Positions 36,832 through 48,644 of a DNA stretch of 64,000 nucleotides are shown one piece after another. The DNA is taken from NCBI GenBank assembly GCA_039621445.1, contig CP154954.1, positions 33,457,455-33,521,454 on the forward strand. The letters are read 5' to 3'. A model generated the notes under the pieces. The model was not told where the DNA came from. It searched no databases and worked only from the letters and a program-made list of their open reading frames with translations. Made by a program: the position numbers and the translations under genes. The stretch is from Euglena gracilis (lineage: Eukaryota). Position 1 is the first letter of the stretch. Every line of letters starts with the position of its first letter.

Positions 36832-38720
36832 AAAATATGTAACTGAAACTTAAATATGGAACTGAATCATTTCATGTGTTGGTCTGGCGCTCTTTTTTGG
36901 GGGCAAGGGGGATCGGATGGAAGGGTGGGGCTGGGCCGGATGGCGCCATCCAAGTGGATGGCCAGCGGCAGGAACAGCTCCCACTCTGCGACCACCGCCG
37001 GGGATGGCGTAGCGGCGTGCCCGTACTCTGCACACATGGCGTCGAACACAGCGTAGAGCTGGTGGGGGCAGCTGTGACGTGGCTGTGGCCACGGCCCCCA
37101 TGGCCCCACCGCGGACCCGCCGGCCACGAAAAGCTCAAGGGGTGGGACTCGACTTCGCACACTGGAAATGGTGCGAAATGATGCAACGCACAATATGCCA
37201 CAAGATGGGGGGCAGGCACACAGCAGGGCAGGGCACGGGGGGCCCTGGGCGGATGCTATCGACGTCCTCGTACAGCTCGGCGCCGTACACGAGCATCGCC
37301 CACGCCTGCGCCTCCAACAACACTGCCGTCAAGGCGCCGCCCTCTGCGGCGCTGTCCCTGACTTCAGCCGGGCGTAACACCGTGGGGAGGCCACGCCTTG
37401 GGCCCGCCCCAGCGCGGCCTCCGCTGTTCCACGGCGGCCTTCACCTGGCGGCATAGGAGGGCGATGGAGGCGGCGGGGAACCGCTTCTTGGGGTCCTGGG
37501 GACAGGCCAGCCCGGGGCCGGGGGGGGGGGGGGCGGCCCGAACCGTCAACCCACCCCCCCTCCAGAGGACGGAGGACTTTGGACGTGAGAGGATGTGTGG
37601 ACCACAGGCCTGGGGTTCAATATGGGGCGAGGTGGTCGGGTGAGTCGGCGCCCGCCTCTGGCGCGGAGGAATCGAAAGCAGAACGCTGGAATGTTTCCTC
37701 GCGAAATGGGGGAGGAGTGGTTTCTGTGTGGGGTGGGGACTGGGCTGACCTCTACTGCTTTCGAGGAGAAGGAGTCAACCCTCAGGTGGATGACTGTTTG
37801 TGTTCCGTACGTCCAATTCTAATTGGTACCGCTTGGTTCACAATCAACCAAAATTCACTATTCGCAGGGGCAACGGCTCGCTGGTTGTTTTTTTTTTGCC
37901 TGAAACGTGTCTGGTTGGTTCGTTGAAGGCCTCCCCAGCGTTGGTGCGCAACTGCACGCCAATTGACCCTGATCCGGAAGCCGGGGGTGGGCTCCAATCC
38001 GCGTCACAAACCTCTGGACCAGGGGGGGGGGGGGCGGGTGGGGTGGGCCTGGCTGGGCGGCCAGGCCCTCCAGCCACAGCTCCACGCTGGGCACGGAGTG
38101 GCGCTGCAGGTTGCGGAAGCGGTCGGGGTGGAAGCCCGGGAACGCTGCGGACGGTGCGGCGTGGGCGAGGCCGGGGAATCCGTTGGGGCCGAACACGGGA
38201 CGGCGAACCGATTCGCGGAGCGTGCGTGGGGGGGGGGAGGCAGTCAGTTTGGCGCCGAGCAGGCAGCGGCCACATTGCGCCTTTGCTGAAAGCCACGAGA
38301 CAGCCGGACTGTTCACTATAGGCGGCCGGAAAACCCCCCACTGCAGACGTGCCCGGAATGGGGGGAGGGGGTGCATATGTCGGTCCCCACATTCTCTTCG
38401 GTCCGTTCGCATAAAGAATGGCACCAACCCCGGGGGGGAGGACTTCCATTCCTGCAGCCTGCAGTCACCGCAATGCTAAATTTGGCAGGCAATAGATCCC
38501 TCTGCCGGGGCGGCGGGGGGGGGGGGGGCAAGCAATCTGGCTTCAGTTTGCGGAAATGTTTCCAGCCATGGCCTCCACCCCCCTGGGGCATGGCTTTTCC
38601 GTGACACGCAGCCAAAGAGGCGACGGGGGGCACACCTGGGCGGGGTCGAGGGGGCGGGGCGGTGACGATGGCTGGCGACGAGACAGGGCGGGCCGCCGCT
38701 TCAAAGTCCACCGCCGGCAT
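11362..38720 (-). CDS. Multi-exon NACHT-pentapeptide-WD40 (NLR-like/STAND) protein
   Basis: Inferred exons (5'->3'): 38720-38636 (MPAVDFEAAARP..), 38144-38055, 37497-~37430, ~37360-37251, 37084-36937, 36392-36181, 35866-35808, 35669-35585, 35059-34856, 34725-34616, 34297-34150, possibly ~34000-33957, ~33322-33117, 32886-~32825, 32572-32438, 31950-31755, 31169-31128, 30824-30717, 30497-30342, 29442-29339, 26515-~26460, possibly ~26230-26208, then 14 WD40 units (26073-12793), 11798-~11741 and 11488-11362 (..LSAALRRRLVSAGAKAADS*). Motifs seen: Walker A VLVLVSKPG|MGKT, LFVSLPTVDKP, Walker B LVLVLDSVDEL, KLVVTCRQE, SPWKLTM, FRHKSLQEYL, AAISMTLLSAAGVLFQG|KDLSKINVPGAVLHYADLQGCNLSGANLRGVDLK|GAILERADLRGADLTGAM. 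Junctions near 37.4k, 34.1-33.3k, 32.8k and 26.2-26.5k are unresolved. Confidence 0.88.
12480..12792. repeat. (CA)n/(CG)n/(GCAC)n compound microsatellite
   Basis: Directly visible; abuts the GT donor of the last WD40 exon. Confidence 0.95.
13613..13790. mobile_element. MITE-like foldback element
   Basis: TIR CTGCCGGGGGCCAACAAATAC / GTATTTGTTGGCCCCCGGTAG; no clear TSD. Confidence 0.65.
19057..21771 (-). other. Nonconventional intron splitting WD40 repeat 8
   Basis: GAG GG|GCC CAGCGGCGTGTGGGC...GCCCACGCGGCGCTG CCTCC|C ACG. 14 of 15 bp pair from +4/-6. The halves (67+59 nt) sum to 126 nt. Confidence 0.85.
19663..21668. mobile_element. ~2 kb non-autonomous element nested in a nonconventional intron
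   Basis: tgtatcag|CAGGC...GCCTG|tgtattag (TSD 7/8, short TIR). Subterminal ATAAACCCCCCCACTTATAAACC repeats. The core ~20330-21625 recurs inverted at ~39310-40790. Confidence 0.6.
26460..30497 (-). other. Pentapeptide-repeat region of the NLR-like gene
   Basis: A(D/N)LxG repeats in exons 29442-29339 and 26515-~26460, preceded by AAISMTLLSAAGVLFQG in 30497-30342. GT-AG junctions keep the frame. Confidence 0.88.
29505..30180. repeat. Degenerate TTCCACAA(T/C)G satellite in foldback arrangement
   Basis: TTCCACAAT-like units at 29505-29880 and their reverse complement (TTGTGGAA/TTGTGAGA) at 29880-30120. Confidence 0.7.
33527..33946. mobile_element. hAT-like MITE related to the 60142 element
   Basis: gttgacac|CAAGGGTTTTCTT...AAGAAAACCCCTG|gctgacgc (TSD 6/8). 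It shares the subterminal CTTGAGGACCC(C)GGGGG with one end of the 60142-60804 element. Confidence 0.72.
34298..34615 (-). other. Nonconventional intron (NACHT domain)
   Basis: CAC|AAT TGGGGCATGG...CCATGCCCCA CCCCC|GCC; 10-bp perfect stem at +4/-6; in frame. Confidence 0.82.
35670..35807 (-). other. Nonconventional intron with CTG...CAG termini
   Basis: TGC|AGG CTGCCTGCTTTT...AAAGGCGGGCAG GTGGC|GAG; 12-bp stem including G-U pairs; in frame. Confidence 0.78.
36720..36832. repeat. (TAAA)n microsatellite flanked by a duplicated AAAATATGTAACTGAAACTTAAA
   Basis: Directly visible; flanking copies at ~36692 and ~36832. Confidence 0.92.
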
Positions 38721-38728
38721 GGAGCGGC

Positions 38729-38745
38729 CTGCGAGACATCGGTGC
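38729..38745 (-). promoter_or_regulatory. Splice acceptor 8 nt upstream of the ATG (candidate spliced-leader trans-splice site)
   Basis: gatgtctcgcAG|gccgctccATG. Spliced-leader trans-splicing is established in euglenozoans; its use at this site is inference. Confidence 0.4.
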
Positions 38746-39309
38746 TGAAGCGCCCCCCCCCCCAATCCAGTTGCTTCCGGACTGTGTGTGGCCCTGGTGT
38801 GTGGCCCTGGCCAAACGCCCTTTTACCGACCTCTGGGGAGGGGGGAGGGGGGTCTCTTTCACTGTTCCAAAAACCAGTCATTAAAAAAATAAATCTCGAT
38901 AAGAGCATATATTTTACAAAGTGGAGAAAAAGGGGCCGGGCCAGTTGAAACAATTTTGAAGGTAACTTTTTGACGTTGAAATTTTTGCCAAAATAATAAC
39001 CCCCCCCCCCAAAGTAATTAAACCACCCCTCGGTCTCCGACTTTGGGCGACCAATTAATATATATAATAAACCGGGTGCTTATTGTTTGGAGAGAGGGTG
39101 AAAACGAGAGAAACGGGAACAGAGGATTAGAAGACTGTTTTTGTGGAAAATGACCTTGGGAAGATTTTACTTTCAAATAAATTATGTGGATTCAATTTCA
39201 TTATGAAGCAAGTAACTTTAACCCCCCCCCCAAAATAAGACCACCCCCATAAAATGGACCCCCCCCCCAAAATAAGACCCCCCCTGGCCGGTCCAAGCAA
39301 AAATCCATG

Positions 39310-40790
39310 AAACCAGGTTTTGAATAGTGCTGAGCTCTTAATAAGCGCGCACCCACCCCTTCATTGACCCCTGCATACATACCGGCCCACTCCATGGAGC
39401 TCTTTTGCCTGAAATCCATGGGTTTTGTGCCAGAAAAAAAAACAGTTTTTCCGGGTCCTGGAGGCCAAAAAACATCGTTTCGGGCAAAATTTTTTTTCGA
39501 TTTTTTCGACTTTTTTGACCCGGTTTTGACCCAAAGTCAATCGGTCGGCGGTCCAAAACGGGGCGCTGGCGGGTCGAAAAACGCTCGTTTTCGGCTCAAA
39601 ACCAGTTTTTCCGGGTCCGGGAGGCCCAAAAACATCGTTTTTGGCCAAAAAAAATCTTCGATTTTTTTCGACTTTTTTGACCCGGTTTTGACCCAAAATC
39701 AATGGGTCGGCGGCCCAAAACGGGGCGCCGGCGGGTCAAAAAACGCTTGTTTTCGGCTCAAAAACAGTTTTTCCGGGTCCGGGAGGCCCAAAAACATCGT
39801 TTTTGGCCAAAAAAAATCTTCGATTTTTTTCGACTTTTTTGACCCGGTTTTGACCCAAAATCAATGGGTCGGCGGCCAAAAACGGGGCGCCGCGAAAAAA
39901 AAAAAAAAAAAGGTCGAAAAATAGAAAAAAACGCTTGTTTTTCGGCTCAAAAACAGTTTTTCCCTTTTTTTTTTCCTTTTTTTTCCTTTTTCCTTTTCTT
40001 TTATTTCCCGGGTCCGGGAGGCCCAAAAACATCGTTTTGGGTAAAAAAATTTTTTTTTCGATTTTTTTCGACTTTTTTGGCCGAAAACGGCCAAATCGGA
40101 CAGAGGGAAAAGTGTACAAAATGGCCTGAAACGGCCCAAATTGGCCAAAAAACGCCCGTATCTCGGGCTGGGCGGGGAGTTGCGGGGAAACCAAAATCCC
40201 AGTAGATAGAGCGTTCCAAGGGCTTCAATTTAGGTCTCCGGACATTTCCTTTGATTTTGCATCATTTTCGAGAAATTTTGAAAACATCGATTTTTTGACC
40301 CCCCACCCCCCGAAAACGGCTAAGTCGAACAGTGGAAAAAGTGTACAAAACGGCCATCCAGGCCAAAAACGGCCGTATCTCGGGCCAGGCGGGGAGTTGC
40401 GGGGAAATCAAAATACCGGTGGATGGGGCGTTCCAAGGGCTTCAAATTAGGTCTCCGGACATTTCCTTTGATTTTTTTGGCCGAAATGGCAGAGTCCAAA
40501 GGGGGGGGGGGCTTATCCAGGGGGGGGGCAGGTAAATCCTACCCAGTTTGGACCCCTTCGCGCGTGAATAACTCGGGCCTGGCGGGGAGTTGGGGGTCAA
40601 ACCCAGGTGATTCGGAAACTAGGAATCCAGTCGCTCGCGACTGAAGAAAAAAAAATTCGGGAACGGGGCCGGGATCATGGTGATAATCCGCCGGTTCCCG
40701 AGGTGGCCCCGAGGGGGGGGGGTTCGGGGGGGTTTTCCCCCAGTGGTAAGCTTCGCTCTTACCCATAAAGGGATAAGAGCTCAGCGATGG
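39310..40790. repeat. Inverted second copy of the 20330-21625 repeat core, with ~133-bp internal tandem units
   Basis: Reverse-complement matches, e.g. GAATAGTGCTGAGCTCTTAATAAGCGCGC and the segment AAACCCAGGTGATTCGGAAAC. Ends not defined. Confidence 0.75.
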
Positions 40791-42736
40791 ACCCCCCCAT
40801 AAATAAGACCCCCCCCCTGCCGGCGCAAAGCGCCGGATTTTTGAAAAAAGGGCCATTTTTGGGCGCTAAATCTGTCATTTTGGGACAGTTTCCATACAAT
40901 TCAGCATATTTTCCCCTATTTGTTTGGCGCGAAGCGCCGAATTTTTCGAAAAATGGTATTTTGGGGGGCATTTTTGGACGTTTTGGGGGTCGAAAATTTT
41001 CCAGCAAAAATCCATAAAATGCACCCCCCCCATGAATAAGACCCCCCCTCGGGCTTTCCAGCAACCGACCCATGAAATGGACCCGGGGTCTTATTTTTGG
41101 GGGGGTTACCCCCTCCCCAAATAACCCCCCTGGTGTGTTATTTGGGCACCTGAACTGGGGCCCCAGGGGAGGGTGTTATTTGGGGGGGGTATTTTTTACA
41201 TGGAAAACCAAAAGAAAACAGGGGGGTGTTATTTGGGCGTCCGAGGGGATCGAAATCGGCCCCCCGGGGGGGGGTGTTATTTGGGGGGGGTGTTTGGGGG
41301 GTGTTATTTGGGGGGATTTACCAGGGTGGAGCAATGGGGAAGCAACAATGGAAAGCCTGTGACTGTGTGCTCACTGTTTTTTGGGGGGCAAACAAACTCT
41401 AGGGTTAGGTGTCCCAAAATTTGCGTCTCTAACCACTCTGGTCTGCACTGCGTGTCGAAAATGGTACACTTCGTCTTTTGTCTTTGACACTGACTTTTTG
41501 CGAGGGAAAACCTGTTCCTCGTGTGACAGGATGGGGAGCTGGACACCCTCCATGAATTACCCCCTGGCTCTGGGTGTTCACAGTGAATATGGGTTCATGC
41601 ACTTCTACGGTGTCTGGCGGCGTTTTTGGGAAAGCAGGGTAACAATTAGCCTCCCCAATGGCACACCTGTGGGGCTGGGTGGGGCAAGTGCAGACCGCCT
41701 GGGGGGCGTGGAGGCAGGCCTGGCCGGGGGCGGGGCGGGGAGAGTCCTACCCAGGGTACCCAGTGGGGGGAAGTCCAACCCCCCCCCTAATAGAAGCGCA
41801 GGTGCGCTTATAGCGGACTGCCGCCTCTGGCGGCGGGGGTTGAGCTTTTATTTGGACCCTTCCTGCCTATTTTTGTTGACTTCCTTCAAAAATCCCATCA
41901 AAACGGGGGTGCGTTTGTAGTGGACTGCCGCCTTCTACGGCATGGGTGCGCTTTTATTTGGACCCTGCGCTCCCGCGCTTCTATTAGGGGGGCGGGTTTA
42001 GCCAGGACACCCAGTGGGGGGGAGAGTCCTTCCCAGGGTACCCAATGGGGGGGAGAGTCCTACCCAGGATACCCAGTGGGGGGAGAGTCCTTCCCAGGAT
42101 ACCCAAGGGGGGGGGAGAGAACTACCCAGGGTCCCCCAGTTGGGGGGTTCAAAACAATCAAAAAAAAAAAAAAAAAACAAAAAACAAAAAACAAAACAAA
42201 ACAAAAAAACAAAAAAAAAAAACAAAAAATCCAACAAAAAAAAAAAACGCAAACCACAACCCCACACACAGTTCAAAACACCAAGGAGCGAGGCCATTGG
42301 GCAGCCCAGCCGGCCCTGCGGCGTCGGCGGTCCACCGCCGGACGGGGGTGGTCGCCGTGTCCTCCGGCTTGGGGTCGGGGCTGGCCTCTGTGCCAAGGTG
42401 GGCGGGGGGGGGGCGGCCCAGTCTGCATTGCATACTGCTTAAGACCCTGTTTCGACGCACAATGGGTGCCAATTTGGTGGAGGCGAAACCCCAGGCAAAT
42501 CCAAAAAAAGAAAACTGTTTCAGAGCGGCACTGACAACAAAAAAATGTGATTGTTCAAAGTTCAAAAGGGGAAAAAAGCATTGCTTTGGCGACACGTACC
42601 CTGTGACAGAACCTGTTGGCTATCGAAGCAGAGTTAAAGGTAAAGGGGAGGAGATGGACCACCAGCATGATCGAAAATGGCCTTTTTTTGAGGCTTCAGC
42701 ACAAATCTTATTTTTGTCGAACATTTAAAGCGAGAC

Positions 42737-43171
42737 CAGGGCGATGCTTAGCGACCTGCTGGAGGGGTCAAGCTCAAGCTGGAAGATTCAGGCTGGCTGG
42801 AAAAAGGCCCCTCTCCCCATAGGGGTCCCCTGGATGGAACTGGGCCCGACCCAGGTCGAACTGGGGGGCAAAAAGGTCAAACTGCAAAAATGCCCCCCCA
42901 AAATGCCAATTGCATGTCTGCAAAAAAATCGATTTTTTACCCCAAAGTTACCATGGCCAGCCCTTTCCCAACCCATTTTGCTCATTTTTGGCCCATTTTG
43001 CAACTCCAGAGGCGAAAAATCCGCTGCTGTCCAGCAACCCTTTGGGCGGCTGAAAAAAACTTGTCATGTGGGGGTGGGAGGAGTCCGAGGCTTCAAAAAG
43101 GGCGGCAGGCCAGAAAAAGGCTCCTGGCTGGCAGGCTGGCTGGCCCCCATTGGGACTCAAGCAACACCGTG
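42737..43171. mobile_element. Degenerate hAT-like MITE
   Basis: agcgagac|CAGGGCGATGCTT...AAGCAACACCGTG|atctagac (TSD 6/8). Related fragments start at ~45077, ~45484 and ~51946. Confidence 0.6.
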
Positions 43172-46100
43172 ATCTAGACTTTCCATCTTCCACAAAATAA
43201 AAGACACCCATAGTTGAGGACAGCTGTGATGCGATGCAGAATATTTTTCATATGAGACAACATAGTTATGACCTCACTTCTTTTTCTATGAAACATTCTT
43301 TGATCCAGATATTTCAAAACAAAAAAACCAGTGAGAACTACTCAGAACCAACGAGCCCTTTGTCTCCCTGTGATTGCATGTCATATTGGAGAATACTACC
43401 ATACTGGGAGGGCGGCAAAACTAACATGGGCGCACACATCCACACCAGCTGGGGCACCTGGTAGGTTCCTGGGGCTGAGGGCAGAGCTTGGACAATCGTT
43501 GCATGTGGCTGTGAACTGCAACAAACCTCGTGAACACAATCGAGGGGAATTGAACAAGCCAGAAATGGGAACTTGCACTGCAACGGTTCGACCCAAGGTT
43601 TCGGAGGTGAAAATTATCGAAGAACTGGGCTTTCAACAGAACTGGTTCAATTTCCCTGCGAGGGTCTGGTTTCTTTTGCTCTGTTTTTGTCACAACCGGT
43701 GACAATTTCATTGATAAATTGAGCGGGATAAATGAGTACAAGAAGAAATAAATCTTTTTTTTTGGTTTTGCTCATGCACTAAAAATTGTGATTCACCGCC
43801 ATTACCGCACTCATCACAATTTATAAACTGAACAGAGTGACTTGTTTTTTTAACGTATCATCAAGCTTCTTTTCATCACAGCTCAATTGGAAATAAATCG
43901 ACTCAATCTGCAAATTTACGGAGTGCCCAATTATTGGAAGCGCCTGGTGGCCGTGGTGCTTTTTAGAGTGGAATCTCCCTCACTCGTCCTTATCACGGGT
44001 GGGGATTGAAATCCATGAGGCGGGACTCACCCCTCCTCCCATGAGGCAGGAATCCCCCCAGCGACCACCACGTTTTGTGAGGGCAAGCCATTTGAACCAA
44101 TTTTTGTTTTGGTATGCATCACGCCAAAGAAAAAACGTGGCCAGCAACCACCCGAGCAGATGGGCAACCCATGTGCTCCATGAAGGTGATGGGAGGTTGA
44201 GGACATTCGGCACGGATGGTCCAGCTCTGGCCAACAACAGTTACCTTTCGGAAAGACCGCGACCCAGAGAGGGGGGCTATGGGGCTGCTGGGGTCCCGTG
44301 CCTCTGGAACAGAGGAGGTGACGGCAGGCAAGGAAAACGATATGGCAAGGTCCAACCTTTGTCATATCCTGTTGCTGCCAGCGAATCATTTTCTCCTGCC
44401 CCTTCCATCCATATGTCGGCGAATAAAGAGTGGGAGACAGATCCCATGACAGGTCAGCAAATAGTTGCCCAGAGGACCCCGGGGTTGGTTTGAAAAAAAA
44501 TGGCCCCCCTCCCCCACATTAAAATGCAAAACAAAAAAAAACAGTTTGAACTGTGTTTGCAATCTCTCTTGCCTTCCTTTAACGAGAAGAACTCAATTCC
44601 ATCCCACTATGACTTTTATGATGACCATTATGGTGAACGATGATCGTTCACCTTTCCTTTGCTGTCCCAACAAAAATTGACAATTATCTTTGCTTGTGAA
44701 CCTTCTCTGTAAATGTAAAATGTGTTAATTTGCAAAAGAAACTGAAAAAAAAATGAATGTGATTTCTTGGTGTCCTCCTGTTTGTCGCTGGAAACCAGCA
44801 CATATCCCCCCCGGAAGTTTTCGACCCTGTGAGCCCCCCCCCCCCTCCTGCGACCTTGGCCGTACTGACTGACTTGTCGTTCTCGGAAGTTGTCTCCTGG
44901 GCTTGTCGCCCGCTCTCACGGCAGCTTCCCAGGGCGGGGGGGGGGAGGGAGTTGGGGCCCGGCAGACCTGCGGCGGACACGCGGGCCAGGGGCAATGGGG
45001 GCGGCCGCAGGCCAGCACCAGGGTGGGGCCACCGGTGGGAGACCTGGGCCAACCGTTCACTGGGGGGGGGGTCTGGCAGGGCGTTGGATAAGGACCCACC
45101 GGGGGGGGGGTCCAGCTCAGAAGCTAAAAAATTTGGGCTGGCCAAAAAAAGGCTGCTGGCTGACTCCCCCCCCCATAGGGGTCCCGGGCTGGAGCTGGTC
45201 CTGACCTGGGGTCGAACTGGGCACCAGAAAAACAACCGAAATCGCAAAAAAAAATGTAAAAAACTGCCAATTACACAAAAAAAAACTTTTTTTTTGACCC
45301 CAAACATGCCCTGGACAGCTTTTCCCGACCCATTTTCGCCATTTTTGACCCGGTGTGCCCAGCCCTGGCAGACCACGGCGGTGGGCTCAGTCGCCGCCCG
45401 GCCCACTTCCAAAGGGGGGCTGGCAGCGCGGCGGCGGCCTGAGGAAGGCGGCAACGGGGGCGGGGCTGTGCGTTGGGCCAGACCAGGGCGTCGCTTTAAC
45501 GACCCCTGGGGGGGGGTCCAGCTCAGAGGCTGGAAATTTGGGCTGGCCGGACAAAGGCTGTTGGCTGACCCCCCCCTGATGGGGTTCCCCACTGGGGGTT
45601 GAACCAAATCCCAAAAAATCCAAACTGCAAAATCCCTTTTAAAAAATTGCGAAATATACAAACGGTCGATTTTGACCCCAAATTTGCCAGCCCTTTTCGA
45701 CCAATTCTGCCCGGTCTGCCCCATTTTTTGCATCCCCGAAATAAAACTGTCGATGGGAAACTGCAAAATAAAACTGTCGATGGGGGAGGGGGTCCGAGGC
45801 TGGAAAAAGGCTGCTGGCTGGCTGACTGGGCCCCCCAGGGAGGAGGTCAAACTTCCTCAAGCGACACCGCACACCCAAGAAAATCCAACCGCACTTCCTG
45901 GCGGAGAATGCCGTAAACCGTAGCGGTTGAGCTACTTCTTTTGAAAGAAAATCAACACCCAGGACCTAAAGACCCTGGTTTTATATTTGGGTGAGACACC
46001 CTCAATATTTGGAAGGGAAGGGAAGGCACTCCCACGTAAACAGTGGCCAAATGAACCACCATCAGCCCGGAGCGAAACGCCGGGCTTAAAAAATTTCAGT

Positions 46101-47534
46101 CCCTAACATCGACCCGAAATGCCATTTTAGGTACTTCTTGGGCAAAATTTTGTCAAAGTTGCCAGAATCTTCAGCACGAAGCGATGGAAGGGAAAAATTG
46201 AGCTTTTGGAGGGGTCCCGGGAGCCCTTCCTCGGTCTGGGGTCCCCCAGTCCAAGTCGGGTCCGGAGTTGGTCCGAACCCCCCTTAGCAGGTGGGAGGGG
46301 TTCCAAACCCCCCTTGTAGCTGCAGTGGGGGGGGACATCCCACATGAAACCCTTACACCTTCCTAATCTAACCCCCCCCCAGGGATGGATGGGAAGCCTT
46401 GAGGGGGGGGGGGTGGGTCGGACCCCCCCCTCCCGACACGGAGGGGGGGGGGGTGGGTCGGACCCCCCCCTCCTACCTCGAAACTGAGGGGGGGCCGAAA
46501 ATTTTTCGATTTCATGGACGGGCAAAGGGCTGGAAATCGGGTCAAAATCGGTCAAAAATCCCTGATTTTTCTTTGAAAATCGATCCAAAAATGCTCATTT
46601 TTTGAAATTTTTTGAACAATTTTTTGGGGGAAAACACCAACACATCAAAAAAAGGGCAATATGTCCAAAAGTCCGCAAAAAAGGGGTGTTTTTGCTCACT
46701 TTCTGGCGCGCAGCGCCGGAAGAAAATTTTCTGCTATTTTTGGCACCTGTCAAGGAGGGGGGGGTGGGGGGGTCCGGACCCCCCCTCCCAACATCTAGGG
46801 GGGGGGGGGGCGGCCCGGACCCCCCCCCTTCCCCCTTACCCCCCTAGGGGGGGGGGGGGGGTGGTCGGGACCCCCCCCTACCACCTACCTCAATACCGAA
46901 GGGCTTCCCATCCATCCCTGCCCCCCCCCTAACAAGTGCATGGGTGCGCACATTTTGAGGACGTAGTTTCGGACCCCGAAGGGATCCGCACTTATTAGGG
47001 CATGGCGCACGGATTAGGGCAAAGCACAAAAAACTTATTTTTTCACCACTCTTTTTCAGTCAAAGGAATGAGTCAATTGATCGTGTGTCAAATTTGGGCT
47101 CGGAATCTCCTGGTTGATTTTTTTTTTGGAGTCGTCCACTTCCGAGTTGTTTCGTTGCCCGAGACAGACATATTGATACACCAGAATGAGAAAGAGCGAA
47201 CAAAACAAAAACAGACAAGCAAAAAAATGGATTAAATGAACTACATCCAAAATCATGTACAGAAAGACTTTGTGATATATTTCGGGGCTGCCAATCAAAC
47301 TTTGTGTGATGCCTCGGTGGGTCCTTTTATTCAATTGAAGTGGATCACCATCACCAGACTGATTTCCCTCTGTCCACCTCTCAGTTTTTACCCACCGTGT
47401 GAATGAAACCAATCCACCTGCAAAAATCCAACTTACGTACAAGAACGTCACACTACACCTTCCAAAGCAAACTCGGGTTGGGGGCTTTACAATTGGGGTG
47501 GGGGCTGATATTTGAAGTGTCGAAGAATAAGGGG

Positions 47535-47839
47535 CAGGGCGGTCCTTAAGCAAATAAAAAAAAAAACTCCGCCGTCCCAGCACACTCAGTGAAAAATATA
47601 CAGGAAAATGGGCAATTTTTTTGGCATTTTTCAGTGAGAACAGGTCGACATCGGGGAAAAAAATTGATTCCTGGCACCCCTGGACCATCGTCTATCCACC
47701 CAAATCATCAAAAAATGTGTTTTTTGGACTTTTTAATTTTGGACCCCGTTCAAGTCCCAGCCGGTCCTTTGGCCGAAAGGGGGACGGTTCTTAAGGAAAT
47801 AAAAAAAACAAACTTTTCTGTCCCTTAAGGACCGCCCTG
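47535..47839. mobile_element. hAT-like MITE, 16-bp perfect TIR, perfect 8-bp TSD
   Basis: ataagggg|CAGGGCGGTCCTTAAG...CTTAAGGACCGCCCTG|ataagggg; 305 bp. Confidence 0.92.
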
Positions 47840-48644
47840 ATAAGGGGGTTATATTTAGGATGTGTGGGGGCGTGACATCCACTCAGTCATTGCGAACGGG
47901 TCCAAAAGCCAATCCACACCAGGTTGTAAGTATAATACGGACAAAGATCGCCACATTGGCCCCGGGTTGGTGAATGGGAAGCGGCTGTGGGGCACACCAC
48001 TTTCGGGGCCAGGAAGTGGGGCGACCTGAAGTGGGCTGGCAGGGGCTGGAGTACCTGTGCAGCACCGGATGCGGGGGGATGGAATATACATTGGCCCCCT
48101 CAAAATTCCGCCCCAAAGTTACCCTCTCGAAAGCCCTCACCCTCTGCGGTACCCAAACCCGTCGATAGATCGATTTACCCTTTCCCTGAGCACTTTGGTG
48201 TTAAATGCATCATTTTTCATAAATTCATAACAATTGAATGTTCCTGTTTATCAGGAAACACGACTTTGTGGATAATTTTTTTTCTGCTTACTGTCTCCTG
48301 ATTCTCCCGAAAATTGTTCCTTGTGAGGGGGGGGGGACGGAGCATTTTTAAGACAGAGCATTTTTGAGGGAGCCTTAAATGATTTTCCGGTCCGCCAGGG
48401 AACGACAAGGCCTTGGGATGACCTTCAGGGCCCAGCAGGGGAGGGTCAATTTGTCAGACGGTGGGAGGGGGTCACAATGCTGGAGGTGCTGCAGCTGGCA
48501 GCACCTCAGCAGAGCAGAACATAACGACAGAGAGCGTGACGTGCATATTCAGATACCAATTTTCTGTGCAAAGAAAGCAACAAAACACGGCATGCATGTG
48601 GCGCAGCATTGGGTTGTTGTATGGAATCAAAGGAATATCCTGAA

